From NCBI GenBank assembly GCA_964641155.1, contig CAZXJO010000002.1:70096-134095 (forward strand): a DNA stretch of 64,000 nt, read 5' to 3'. The notes under the pieces were generated by a model. It was given only the letters and a program-made list of their open reading frames with translations, had not been told where the DNA came from and did not search any database. The translations under genes were made by a program, and so were the position numbers. Each line of letters begins with the position of its first letter. The stretch's first letter is position 1. This stretch comes from an uncultured Desulfurococcaceae archaeon. GTDB taxonomy: Archaea; Thermoproteota; Thermoprotei_A; Sulfolobales; NBVN01. Below are positions 36,986 to 45,959 of the stretch, piece by piece.

Positions 36986-38101
36986 ATGACGGGGAATGAT
37001 AACCTCCTCACATCCTGCTTAGTTTGTAGGAAGGAATTTAACGAGTTCCTCATGAGATGTCCAGCGTGTGGTGGGCCTTTAGAGATAGTGTTTCCAAGCC
37101 CCAAGTTCAGGGTGGACAGGAGTAAACCAAGCATTTGGAGGTATAAATCACTACTCCCCCCATTCAGCAAGGTCGTCACGTACGGTGAAGGCCTGACACC
37201 AGTAAGTAAGATTCATAACGTGTTGGTAAAGAACGAAAGAAGAAACCCCACAGGGACCTACTCGGATAGGGCGTCATCACTGATAGCTAGTTACGTAGCA
37301 TCAACTAACGTTAGGAAGTTACGAATGAAATTCGTCGAAGACTTCACGTACTCCCTCTCCTATTACTTAAGCGGTCTCGCAGACATTGAGGTTGAAGTCC
37401 TCGGTGATGACGTTGACAGCGATGAGCTAAGCAGGCTAGTCGATCTAGGTGTTAGACTAACACCCGCCGGCGATGCTAATGATCCATCAAGGCTGGACTA
37501 CCTAAACCCCCTAACCATCGAGGGTTTGAAGACCATAGTTTTTGAGGTCCACGAAAGGAATGTGAGGTGTGAGAACATAGTCATACCTGCGATAACAGGT
37601 TTACTGGCCTACTCCCTATGGAAGGGGGTTAGGGAGCTTAGGGATTCAGGTCTAGACGTATGCTACACTATAGTACCGGCAATCATTAAAGGCCAGCCAA
37701 GACCTAAGCTAATACCCAACGATGTGAGGGTTGTTGAGGTGGAATTTGAGAGAGTCCTCCATACGTTCACAAAGCTATGTAAGTCCGGTGTGAGGGTCAA
37801 ACCTGTCTCAGCGTTAGCTTACGCCGCAGCAGAGGACTTAGAAAAATCTATAGCGATAATTACAGCTGGTTATAAACCAAGCGCTAGGAGGGACTGGGGC
37901 AAGATCAGGAAGGATATTATTAATCTGCTGGGTAGGGAAGGTAGTTTGACCGCGTATGAGATCTGGCAGGGACTTAAGAACTTCACTTTAAGGGGTGTTT
38001 ACAAGGCCCTCAAGTCGTTGGAGGTCAGCGGTGTGTTATGTAGTGAGTTTGAGGTTAGAGGCTCTCGAAAAATTAAGCGTTATAGGTTATGTGGGAAGTA
38101 A
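36986..38101 (+). CDS. Threonine-synthase-like (fold-type II PLP enzyme-like) pseudoenzyme fused to a C-terminal winged helix-turn-helix
   Basis: ThrC-type N-terminal zinc ribbon (CLVCRKEF..RCPACGGPLEI), followed by IWRYKSLLP, YGEGLTPV, and VKNERRNPTGTYSDR. Canonical enzymes have NPTGSFKDR at that position, so Ser93 (codon 37262-37264) replaces the Schiff-base lysine. The glycine-rich phosphate loop reads ITGLL. The C-terminal ~65 aa (INLLGREGSLTAYEIWQGLKNFTLRGVYKALKSLEVSGVLCSEFEVRGSRKIKRYRL) form a wHTH pattern. Confidence 0.7.
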   Translation: MTGNDNLLTSCLVCRKEFNEFLMRCPACGGPLEIVFPSPKFRVDRSKPSIWRYKSLLPPFSKVVTYGEGLTPVSKIHNVLVKNERRNPTGTYSDRASSLIASYVASTNVRKLRMKFVEDFTYSLSYYLSGLADIEVEVLGDDVDSDELSRLVDLGVRLTPAGDANDPSRLDYLNPLTIEGLKTIVFEVHERNVRCENIVIPAITGLLAYSLWKGVRELRDSGLDVCYTIVPAIIKGQPRPKLIPNDVRVVEVEFERVLHTFTKLCKSGVRVKPVSALAYAAAEDLEKSIAIITAGYKPSARRDWGKIRKDIINLLGREGSLTAYEIWQGLKNFTLRGVYKALKSLEVSGVLCSEFEVRGSRKIKRYRLCGK

Positions 38102-38111
38102 CTCGCAATAT

Positions 38112-39599
38112 TCAGATCTTAATCCCTAACTGCGACAGTATTGATGCTGAGAAGAAGAGCGCCGACAACACCATGAATATTAATAAGAACGCGTACTCCC
38201 AAGGCTTAGGCCTCAATTCCTCGGGTAGCTTAAATGTGAGGTACATAACCGCAGGTACTACGAATATGCCGACGAAGTTCGCCGCATTGGCTGCTATTAT
38301 AACTAGGATCAGCGGCTGCGTCTGGTAGAGGGCCCATATGGTGAAGGCCACGTATGTGGCAAGTATTGAGTAGTACAGCTTTCTGACATCGTTGCCGAAA
38401 GCTTTCCTCACCCTCTCTAAGCCCCATATCAGGTCGGTTAAGTTTCTCGGCACAGCATCCACGTAAGCACCTAGGGCGGAGCTGAATAACACCATAAAAC
38501 CTATTAAACATATTAGGTAATAACCCCAAGCACCGACTATGGCCGCAAATTCGTTGGCTATATGTGCTGCAACACCCCATGGCGGCAGGGTCTGTCCTCT
38601 GGGGAGCAGGGAAGCGGCTATCAGAGACGGTAGGTACATGCCTAAGAGGGCTCCGGGGAAGAATATTAGCCATTGGTCATAACTAAGTAGCTTCATCCAC
38701 GTCTTAAACCTCCTCACATTCTCATCATCTATCCTGAACACCTTACCTACGGGTGATAACATTACTTTCTTACCGCCTATCAGCGCCGGAATGTAACCGA
38801 CCACGGCCCCCATACCGTAGCCCTTGTCCCTGTACCAGCTCATGAATACGAAGTTGAGACCCGCAGCTAGTGCGGTATAGGCCCACCAAGCAGTTATTAA
38901 ACTCATATCAGCACCCGGGGGTATGTAGCCAAAATTGAACATGCCCCACAGAGCCTCGTAAACGACTTCGGCCTTCAAAGTAAGCGGTGCAACCACAAGC
39001 GCCAACGTGATGAGTATGAAGCCTGCGAAGAACCAGTTCACTATTTCTAAAGTCCTCTCAATCTTATACCCAAACAACACAGTAATCACGCATAAGGCTA
39101 TTATGACCATCGTTAAGTACCTGACTAACCAGGCATCATTAGCTGTGGGCAGTCTGCCAAGGATTAGCGACCCCAACGCCGTGGCTCCCGAGCCAGCTAT
39201 ACCTGCTAGGCCCCAGGCACCCCAACTAATGATCACTGCCGCTAAGAACACGCTCCAGAACTTAGACCCTGGAGGCACTCTGCTGAGGTATACTATGGGT
39301 GATTCACCGCAGTACATCGAAATCCTAACCAAGCTCACGTTATATACAGTCTGGAGGAACGATGACACTAAAACTATCCAGGCCATGCCAAGCCCGTAGC
39401 TGACGGCGGTCGCAGGACCTAATAACCATTCACCACCACCTATTGCGACACCAACAGAGATAATGCTGGGGCCTAGGACTTTAAAGACTATTTCCTTAGC
39501 ACCCAACCTGGATACTCCGAAGACCTCCTCGGGAGTGGGTAATCTATCGACGACTTCTGCCTCTTTAGTACCGAGTTTAGTATTGAACTCACGCGCCAA
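38112..39599 (-). CDS. Polytopic transporter, Nramp-related/APC-superfamily-like
   Basis: 495 aa with about 11-12 TM. The N-terminal GPSIISVGVAIGGGEWLLGPA resembles the Nramp-family first-helix motif region. The specific substrate cannot be called. Confidence 0.45.
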   Translation of the reverse strand: MAREFNTKLGTKEAEVVDRLPTPEEVFGVSRLGAKEIVFKVLGPSIISVGVAIGGGEWLLGPATAVSYGLGMAWIVLVSSFLQTVYNVSLVRISMYCGESPIVYLSRVPPGSKFWSVFLAAVIISWGAWGLAGIAGSGATALGSLILGRLPTANDAWLVRYLTMVIIALCVITVLFGYKIERTLEIVNWFFAGFILITLALVVAPLTLKAEVVYEALWGMFNFGYIPPGADMSLITAWWAYTALAAGLNFVFMSWYRDKGYGMGAVVGYIPALIGGKKVMLSPVGKVFRIDDENVRRFKTWMKLLSYDQWLIFFPGALLGMYLPSLIAASLLPRGQTLPPWGVAAHIANEFAAIVGAWGYYLICLIGFMVLFSSALGAYVDAVPRNLTDLIWGLERVRKAFGNDVRKLYYSILATYVAFTIWALYQTQPLILVIIAANAANFVGIFVVPAVMYLTFKLPEELRPKPWEYAFLLIFMVLSALFFSASILSQLGIKI

Positions 39600-39664
39600 C
39601 TAGTGCCTCTATAAACTGGGCCTCCCACTCCTTAAAAACCTTCAATGTCTTGGTAATTAAAAAA

Positions 39665-39765
39665 AGAGTTAGTGTTGTTAACGTAACCCTTCATAATATG
39701 AGGGCGGGCTGTGAACGTTTTAGTTCCCCGAGCGACGGTATATGTCCTATGTTGAGAAATTGTTG
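39665..39765 (-). repeat. Short degenerate fragment of the dispersed repeat core
   Basis: The minus strand reads CGTTCACAGCCCGCCCTCATATTATGAAGGG, compared with the core CGTTCACTGCGGAAGCCCTTCCATGAAATGAGG. Confidence 0.25.
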
Positions 39766-39801
39766 CTTGCGTGATTTGGGCTGGTCTCTGCTTAATCCCC
39801 A

Positions 39802-40842
39802 TTAAACTGTCTTCGGCAACTCCACTTTTAATTCGTTGGCCACATCGGTCAGCAATTTCCAAGTGCTTAAGTCTATGGGTATACCGTTCTTAATCCTTTC
39901 CTCGTAATTCCTATCCTCGGGCTCCCCTGGAACCAGTACCTCCTCAAAACCCTGCGCTGGCGGGCAGGTCTTTATCAGGTTAACCAAAGTATCCATATCT
40001 TTCAGGTAATCGCTATAATCCCTAAGTACTGCGGGGTTTATTGCTAATGCGAAGAACCCTCCCTGAGTTGATGGGTGGTTGAAGACGAATTTACTCAAAG
40101 TACCTCCCGAGAGAACCGCTGAAAGTATCTCGACAACCATCGATATGCTGTATCCCTTATAAGTTCCGAATGGAAGGAGTATCCCTTCATAGGCCTCCTT
40201 GGGGTCCGTCGTCGGTTTTCCATCCTTAGTTAATGCTATTCCTTCAGGTATTCTCTCCCCCTTCAACGCGGCGAGCCTGATCTTAAAAGCAGCTATGGCA
40301 CTGGTTGCCATATCGACCACCACGGGTTTACCCTTAGTAGGGAATGAGAGACTTATGGGGTTAGTTCCAAATATGGCTTGAGACCCTCCCCAAGGGGCTA
40401 CGCGTGCTGGCGCGTTAACGGTAACCATACCTATCAAGTCATTTCTCGCTATCTTCAACGTGTAGTACGCAAGCATACCTACGTGCCCTAAGTTCCTGGC
40501 GCTGACGAAGGCCACACCACTTAATTTGGCCTTACTTATAACTATTTCGGTAGCCTTATTAGCGACGGGTATTCCTAGGTAGTTATCACCGTCAATTAAG
40601 GCGGTCGTCGGGGTTTCCTTAACTATCCTGATCTCGCCCTTACTTTTAACGTAGCCCTTCTTAATCCCCTCGCCATAGTATGGGATCCTGATGACTCCAT
40701 GTGAGTCAACACCTCTTAAATTAGCTAAGACTAGGTGGTCAGCTATCAACAACGCATCATCTGGTGGAACTCCATACTTCATGAAGCAGGTGGCTGTAAA
40801 CCTTCGTAAATCGTCGGGTAGAACCCTTACGTAATCGGTCAT
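39802..40842 (-). CDS. Malate/L-lactate/L-sulfolactate dehydrogenase family 2 (Ldh_2) oxidoreductase
   Basis: LANLRGVDSHGVIRIPYY, NLGHVGMLAYY, and PWGG are characteristic of the Ldh_2/ComC family. Confidence 0.85.
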   Translation of the reverse strand: MTDYVRVLPDDLRRFTATCFMKYGVPPDDALLIADHLVLANLRGVDSHGVIRIPYYGEGIKKGYVKSKGEIRIVKETPTTALIDGDNYLGIPVANKATEIVISKAKLSGVAFVSARNLGHVGMLAYYTLKIARNDLIGMVTVNAPARVAPWGGSQAIFGTNPISLSFPTKGKPVVVDMATSAIAAFKIRLAALKGERIPEGIALTKDGKPTTDPKEAYEGILLPFGTYKGYSISMVVEILSAVLSGGTLSKFVFNHPSTQGGFFALAINPAVLRDYSDYLKDMDTLVNLIKTCPPAQGFEEVLVPGEPEDRNYEERIKNGIPIDLSTWKLLTDVANELKVELPKTV

Positions 40843-40932
40843 AATCCCACAAATAGTAACAGTTAAGTGAATTATTTAAGTTTAAGGGATGAAAGCTTAT
40901 TTAATTCGTGTTGAGAATTAGAGGGTGGTTAA

Positions 40933-41814
40933 GTGGGTGTACATAAGGTAGACGTCGCTATTTTAAATGACGACTACTCAGGGTTCACGAAATTACTCTC
41001 ATCTCACGGGCTTTCCGTGTTCCTGAGGGTGTACTCAGATACGGGTCTAGAGCACATAGTACTTGACGCAGGTCCGAGCAACAGCATATTAAAACATAAT
41101 GCTACTGCTTTAGGTATTGATTTAAGTAACGTGAAGGCCGTTGTACTAAGTCATAGGCATTACGACCACACAGGTGGCCTCAAATACCTGGCGAAGACCT
41201 CGAAAAGTTCCGGCAGACGCTTAACTGTGATAGCGCATCCCTGGATCTTCAAACCATCCATAGTGTTGAGTGAGGGTAAACAGGAGTTCGATAAGGGCAT
41301 GCCCTACAGTCGTGAGGAGCTTGCTAGACTCGATATCAATCTGGTACTGACCAAAAGTCCAATGCAGGTGGGGTCCTCAACATATTACCTAGGTGAGATT
41401 GGGAACTATTACGACCTATCAAGATATAAAAGAGATTTCTACACGGTGCTAGACGACGGTGAGTTAGTTCCGGATGAATTACCGGATGATACTGGAATAG
41501 CAATAAAGGTTGAAGGGCTGGGCTTAGTAGTCGTCAGCGGGTGCAGTCATAGCGGGATATCGAATGTGGTTAGAAGTGCTTCGGAGACTTATAAAGAGAA
41601 CGTATATGCGGTTATAGGAGGCTTCCACATGCTCAAATACGATGAGAACGACATCGGCGAAGCGGTGGGTGTGTTAAAGGAATTAGGTGTCGAGAAGGTC
41701 TACACAGGACACTGCACCGGGTTCAAAGCCGAGAAGGTAATGAGTGAGGTGTTCAAGGACAATTACCATAAAATCCACTCAGGATTCAAGTTCACACTTG
41801 CGTCGAGAAAGTAA
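40933..41814 (+). CDS. Metallo-beta-lactamase-fold hydrolase (COG1237-like)
   Basis: The HxHxDH motif is present as LSHRHYDHTGG, with later SGCSHSG and GHCTG metal-ligand contexts. Confidence 0.75.
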   Translation: MGVHKVDVAILNDDYSGFTKLLSSHGLSVFLRVYSDTGLEHIVLDAGPSNSILKHNATALGIDLSNVKAVVLSHRHYDHTGGLKYLAKTSKSSGRRLTVIAHPWIFKPSIVLSEGKQEFDKGMPYSREELARLDINLVLTKSPMQVGSSTYYLGEIGNYYDLSRYKRDFYTVLDDGELVPDELPDDTGIAIKVEGLGLVVVSGCSHSGISNVVRSASETYKENVYAVIGGFHMLKYDENDIGEAVGVLKELGVEKVYTGHCTGFKAEKVMSEVFKDNYHKIHSGFKFTLASRK

Positions 41815-41865
41815 TTATGTACCGAAGGTATATCGACCACACTTATTAACGGAGTCGACGGTCAT

Positions 41866-42465
41866 TTGCTTGATATAAGTTTCGATATAAATACCGTACT
41901 AGGGCTTTCGGTACAGCTCTACGCGATTATGGATCCCATAGCCGCGCTCCCGCAGTTCATGAGGATTTTAGAGTCCTTAAGCGACAGCAAAGTGAGAAGC
42001 GTTATCAGTAGAACCTCCATAGCGGTGTTCATGTTACTCACAACCTTCACACTCTGCGGTAACTACATCCTAACTTTATTCGGGATAAGTATAACATCGT
42101 TGAAAATTGCCGGCGGCATTATATTGATGGCGGTCGCGTTGGATACTTTGATAACCGGTCATAAACCATCTGAGATCGAGGTAGGTGAGTACATAATAGT
42201 TCCACTAGCAACTCCCTTAATAGTTGGGCCGGGCACCATGACCCTGCTCATAGTGTCCACAGGGGTTTACGGAGTGGTGAGCACATTAGCTTCAGCGTAC
42301 ATAGCTTTCATAGGTGTTTACGCCACATTGAGGCTTTCATCACAGATAGTGAAGTTGGCTGGGCCGACCTTTGTAAACGGGCTGGGGAGGTTTATGTCTC
42401 TAATAATAGCGTCCTTTGCTGTTGAGATGTTGTTAGGTGGTATCAAGGAATTGCTCGCTATTTGA
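41866..42465 (+). CDS. MarC family (UPF0056) integral membrane protein
   Basis: 199 aa with about 6 TM. The N-terminal motif is IMDPIAALPQF. Confidence 0.65.
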   Translation: MLDISFDINTVLGLSVQLYAIMDPIAALPQFMRILESLSDSKVRSVISRTSIAVFMLLTTFTLCGNYILTLFGISITSLKIAGGIILMAVALDTLITGHKPSEIEVGEYIIVPLATPLIVGPGTMTLLIVSTGVYGVVSTLASAYIAFIGVYATLRLSSQIVKLAGPTFVNGLGRFMSLIIASFAVEMLLGGIKELLAI

Positions 42466-42550
42466 TTCGACTTAAGCTTTAATAACACCTCAGCGATTTC
42501 AACCCATCCCATCCGGCAAGTTAATTCGATTCGGTGTGCTAAATGTTCAT

Positions 42551-43204
42551 TCAACTATGTTTCCTCCTCACCACCCCGTTAACGATTTCATACATGTTAT
42601 CCAACGCATCCTGCAGCTCAGGTACTATGTAGTGGGTGGCTAGCACAACGGTTGACCCGTATCGAGAAAGCTTTATCAGGTCCTCAATCAATAATGAGGT
42701 CTTATCAGCATCTATATGGCTTAACGGCTCATCAAGTAGTAGTGCCTTAGGTTTAACGGCTAATGCCCTGATAATCGAGACCAACTTGGCCTGGCCGGTG
42801 CTGAGTTTCTTAGCATCCCTTTCAACTATACTTGAAATTCCATACCTATCTATGAAGTACTCTAAAGCGTCACCGCTGTCAATACCCCTAAGCCTAAGCC
42901 CCAGTTCTAGGTTGGTTTTGACGCTGCCCCTGATCAGCAGTGCCCTCTCATGAACGTATACGATGTTCCTCCTAATTCGTAGCATGTCGTCTGCATTTAA
43001 ACTCCAGTAATCTGAGTTATCGACCACTACAGTTCCTTTATTAGGTTTGTACATAAGTGATGCTATTTTAAGTAAGGTTGTTTTCCCCGAACCGTTGGGG
43101 CCGACGATTACTTGTAAGCCACTGCTCAACTTAAGACTTACGTCCCTTAGGACGTAATTCACCCTATCGTAGGTGTACCAGACGTTCCTCAACTCGATGT
43201 CCAT
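42551..43204 (-). CDS. ABC transporter ATP-binding protein (TupC-like)
   Basis: Walker A is GPNGSGKTT, the signature is LSTGQAKLVSIIRAL, and Walker B is LLLDEPLSHID. It overlaps the permease gene by 16 nt. Confidence 0.85.
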   Translation of the reverse strand: MDIELRNVWYTYDRVNYVLRDVSLKLSSGLQVIVGPNGSGKTTLLKIASLMYKPNKGTVVVDNSDYWSLNADDMLRIRRNIVYVHERALLIRGSVKTNLELGLRLRGIDSGDALEYFIDRYGISSIVERDAKKLSTGQAKLVSIIRALAVKPKALLLDEPLSHIDADKTSLLIEDLIKLSRYGSTVVLATHYIVPELQDALDNMYEIVNGVVRRKHS

Positions 43205-43863
43205 CTCAGCTCACCTAGGAACTTTAAAGTGATTGACACGGCTAGGACGAGGGATATTAGAATTAGACCTAACGTCATAGCAACTTCGTACTCACCCATT
43301 GAGGTCATCAACGCTATAGCTGTAGTAAGCACTCTAGTGCTCCCAGCTATGTTACCGCCCACGATCAACGCAACACCTAACTCACCTATAGCCCTCGAGA
43401 AACCCATGAGGAAGGACGACGTCAGAGCAGGTATTAACTCCTTGAAGACTAACCAACTTATCTGCCTCTCGCTACCACCTAGGCTAATCACCAGCTCCTT
43501 CAAATCCTTCATAGCGGCCTCAACAGGTCTGGAGAGGGTTGATACTACTACGGGAAGAGCAACTAAGAACTCACCAATTATTATGGCGTAAGGCGTGTAG
43601 AGGAGGTTTAAAGTTCCTAAAGGTCCTCTGGGCGATATCAGCAAGTACACCATTAATGCTATGATTGTTGTAGGGACACCTATTAAAGCTTCGAAGAAAC
43701 CCAATATCAGTAGCTTAGACCTCGACTCAACCGTCCTAAGAACTATTGAGAAACCGACTAAGAAGGCTATGAGCGATGCTGCACCGGAAACGTGTATCGA
43801 CCTTATGAGTATTTCAATCACGTCCTCGTACATCAACGCCCACCCATCGCTAAGTAATTCCAT
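43189..43863 (-). CDS. ABC transporter permease, oxyanion (tungstate/molybdate/sulfate) type
   Basis: 224 aa with about 5-6 TM and an EAA-like loop (SRAIGELGVALIVGGN). Confidence 0.7.
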   Translation of the reverse strand: MELLSDGWALMYEDVIEILIRSIHVSGAASLIAFLVGFSIVLRTVESRSKLLILGFFEALIGVPTTIIALMVYLLISPRGPLGTLNLLYTPYAIIIGEFLVALPVVVSTLSRPVEAAMKDLKELVISLGGSERQISWLVFKELIPALTSSFLMGFSRAIGELGVALIVGGNIAGSTRVLTTAIALMTSMGEYEVAMTLGLILISLVLAVSITLKFLGELRWTSS

Positions 43864-44723
43864 GACGCGTTGATTAAATCCTCATACCCCTCAGCCGGAT
43901 TTATTAAGTCTCTGAACCTCTCCTCAATCAACTTCTGACCCTCACCTTTGACGTACCCGGCAAAGTTATTCACGTCATTTAGGAATTTACTACATGAGTG
44001 GGCGTTGGAGGCGTAGATGGAGTAGACGTTCACTAAGTACTTAGCATCCTTCAACAACGCGACCGTATTCCTCAACTTACCGCTGTTAATCAATTTTAAG
44101 TATGTCCCAACATCGCTTAACGTGTAACCCCTAATGTCGTCAGCTATTATAAGTACCTGCTGCATGCCCTGACCAGTTTCTAAGTACCAACCCTTCCCCT
44201 TCGGGTTTAGGCCGCTTAGATTCCACAACCAGAGCTCGCGGATGTTGGTACCTGAGTTATCACCCCTGCTGACGAACCTGGCTGTACCTGACTCACCACT
44301 TATGTAAATCCTCGTAAAAGCTTCAACAGCGTCTGTAGCTCCTGATACGTTAGCAGGATCTTCCTTAGGGCCAACGATTACGAACGCGTTAAAACCTAGG
44401 AAGCCTAACCTACGTATAGTGCCTTCTTCCACGTATTTATGTTCTATGGATGGCGCATGGGTGAATGAGATGCATGCGGTGCCGTCGGAGAGGAGTCTGA
44501 GGGCTTCCCCTGAACCGACCACTATTACCTCGAATTTTGTTCTGGAGCCTGATCTCTCCATGAAGTCCTTCACCAACGCGTCAACCACTCCGATTTGGTA
44601 CAAAGAAGTGGTTGTTGAAATCCTAATCACGTCCCTGCCTGACGTTATGTTGTTCACTGCAAGCAAGGAGATCATTATTAGAACAGTTAGTATTGTCAGG
44701 TGTTTCACACCGAACCCTATCAA
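43833..44723 (-). CDS. Oxyanion-binding protein, TupA-like tungstate-binding component
   Basis: An N-terminal anchor is followed by RISTTTSLYQIGVVDAL, which resembles the TTTS anion-binding motif of TupA, and by GSGEALRL. Confidence 0.55.
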   Translation of the reverse strand: MIGFGVKHLTILTVLIMISLLAVNNITSGRDVIRISTTTSLYQIGVVDALVKDFMERSGSRTKFEVIVVGSGEALRLLSDGTACISFTHAPSIEHKYVEEGTIRRLGFLGFNAFVIVGPKEDPANVSGATDAVEAFTRIYISGESGTARFVSRGDNSGTNIRELWLWNLSGLNPKGKGWYLETGQGMQQVLIIADDIRGYTLSDVGTYLKLINSGKLRNTVALLKDAKYLVNVYSIYASNAHSCSKFLNDVNNFAGYVKGEGQKLIEERFRDLINPAEGYEDLINASWNYLAMGGR

Positions 44724-44732
44724 AACCCATCC

Positions 44733-45029
44733 CTACTTATCCTGAGGTCTACCCCTTAAACCCCTCACGTTATGTACATGTACGTGCTCCCCTGGACGTA
44801 TGTACTTGGTAGCTATTCCTATGATCTCGCCGTATTTGAGGATTGGCTCCCCTTCCATGATCTCTTTAATAGCTACTTTATGACCGAGGGGGATATCGTT
44901 AATTAATTTTATCTTTACTACATCATCGCCTGCGGGGACCTCGATTAACTCCCCCTCCCTTAGATTGGTTAATGCCACAGCCACGTTGTCCTTCGGGTTC
45001 AGAACTATTGCCTTCCTCAACGACCTCAC
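44733..45029 (-). CDS. Stand-alone SAF domain protein (UxaA/GarD N-terminal-like)
   Basis: 98 aa. VLNPKDNVAVAL...IPLGHKVAIKEI.EGEPILKYGEIIG.A...I.PGEHVHVHN is the classic N-terminal SAF module of altronate/galactarate dehydratases. No C-terminal dehydratase domain gene is adjacent. Confidence 0.75.
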   Translation of the reverse strand: MRSLRKAIVLNPKDNVAVALTNLREGELIEVPAGDDVVKIKLINDIPLGHKVAIKEIMEGEPILKYGEIIGIATKYIRPGEHVHVHNVRGLRGRPQDK

Positions 45030-45847
45030 CTAAATGAACTCTCAATGAAGTCTATATCCCTATCGCTTAACCTCCACCCGAGTACTCCTTTAAACTCATC
45101 TACCCTCTCAACCCTCTCCGTCTTAGGTATTGCCACCACGTAGGGCCTTGAGATCAGGAAGTTAAGGGCTACTTGAACAGCTGTTTTACCGTATTTAGAC
45201 CCTATTCGCGTTAAGGTTTTGTCGTCAGCTACTTTACCGCCTTCGAGGGGTGTGTATGCCTGCACAGTAATCCCTTCACGGATGCACAGCGGTAGCAGAT
45301 CCACTTCTATACGTCTGTCATAGATGCTGTACTTGACCTGATTAACCACTATTTCGTACTTACTAGTTGATTCCAAAGCCGTCATCAATTCATTAGTTTT
45401 GAAGTTCGAGACACCTATGTACCTACACAGTCCTTCCTCAGCCAACGATTCCAAAGACTTTATTTGCCTACTAATGGGGAGGTGTCCATGAGGCCAGTGA
45501 ATGAGTATTAGGTCAACGGTCCTCAAACCTAACCTGCGCAGGCAGCCTCTCGCAGCTTTCACAGCCTCATCCTTACTTACAAAGCGTTCTGGCGGTAACT
45601 TAGTAGTTATGAAGACCTCTTCGCCGTAATCCTTTACGACCTTGCCGACAAGTTCCTCAGCTCTACCTGAGTCGTAAATCTCGGCGGTATCAATTAATTT
45701 GAGGCCGACATTTAAAGCATGTTTCAGAGCTCTCTCCGCGTTGGAGTAATTACGGATCCCCCACGTACCAATGCCAATAGCGGGTACTGATTCGTTGGTC
45801 TTACCGAGAGGTTTCCTGTCCGTGAAGTCTATGGGGAATGAAGGCAT
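45026..45847 (-). CDS. Aldo/keto reductase
   Basis: GIGTWG, IDTAEIYD, and LILIHWP, with about 273 aa. Its stop overlaps the SAF gene start by 4 nt. Confidence 0.85.
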   Translation of the reverse strand: MPSFPIDFTDRKPLGKTNESVPAIGIGTWGIRNYSNAERALKHALNVGLKLIDTAEIYDSGRAEELVGKVVKDYGEEVFITTKLPPERFVSKDEAVKAARGCLRRLGLRTVDLILIHWPHGHLPISRQIKSLESLAEEGLCRYIGVSNFKTNELMTALESTSKYEIVVNQVKYSIYDRRIEVDLLPLCIREGITVQAYTPLEGGKVADDKTLTRIGSKYGKTAVQVALNFLISRPYVVAIPKTERVERVDEFKGVLGWRLSDRDIDFIESSFR

Positions 45848-45914
45848 CTGGCAACCACTACAATATTAAAGTAATTGATATTTAATTAGTGTTAGCGGTT
45901 CCGGCATCAATAGA

Positions 45915-45944
45915 AACATATATTAACATATATTTTATTATATT
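45915..45944. promoter_or_regulatory. Tandem 10-bp AT-rich direct repeat (AACATATATT x2 plus a degenerate TTATTATATT) in a divergent promoter region
   Basis: Read directly from the sequence: AACATATATT AACATATATT TTATTATATT, ending 16 nt upstream of the ATG at 45960 of the AbrB-PhoU-like gene. It is a candidate TATA box or operator. Confidence 0.35.
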
Positions 45945-45959
45945 GGTGGATGTGAGGGT

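Noticed and set aside
38230-38673. 147-aa minus-strand ORF inside the 38112-39599 transporter gene
   Set aside because: It is an alternative frame of a long, clearly hydrophobic transporter ORF. Its product is Arg/Pro/Cys-rich and not protein-like.
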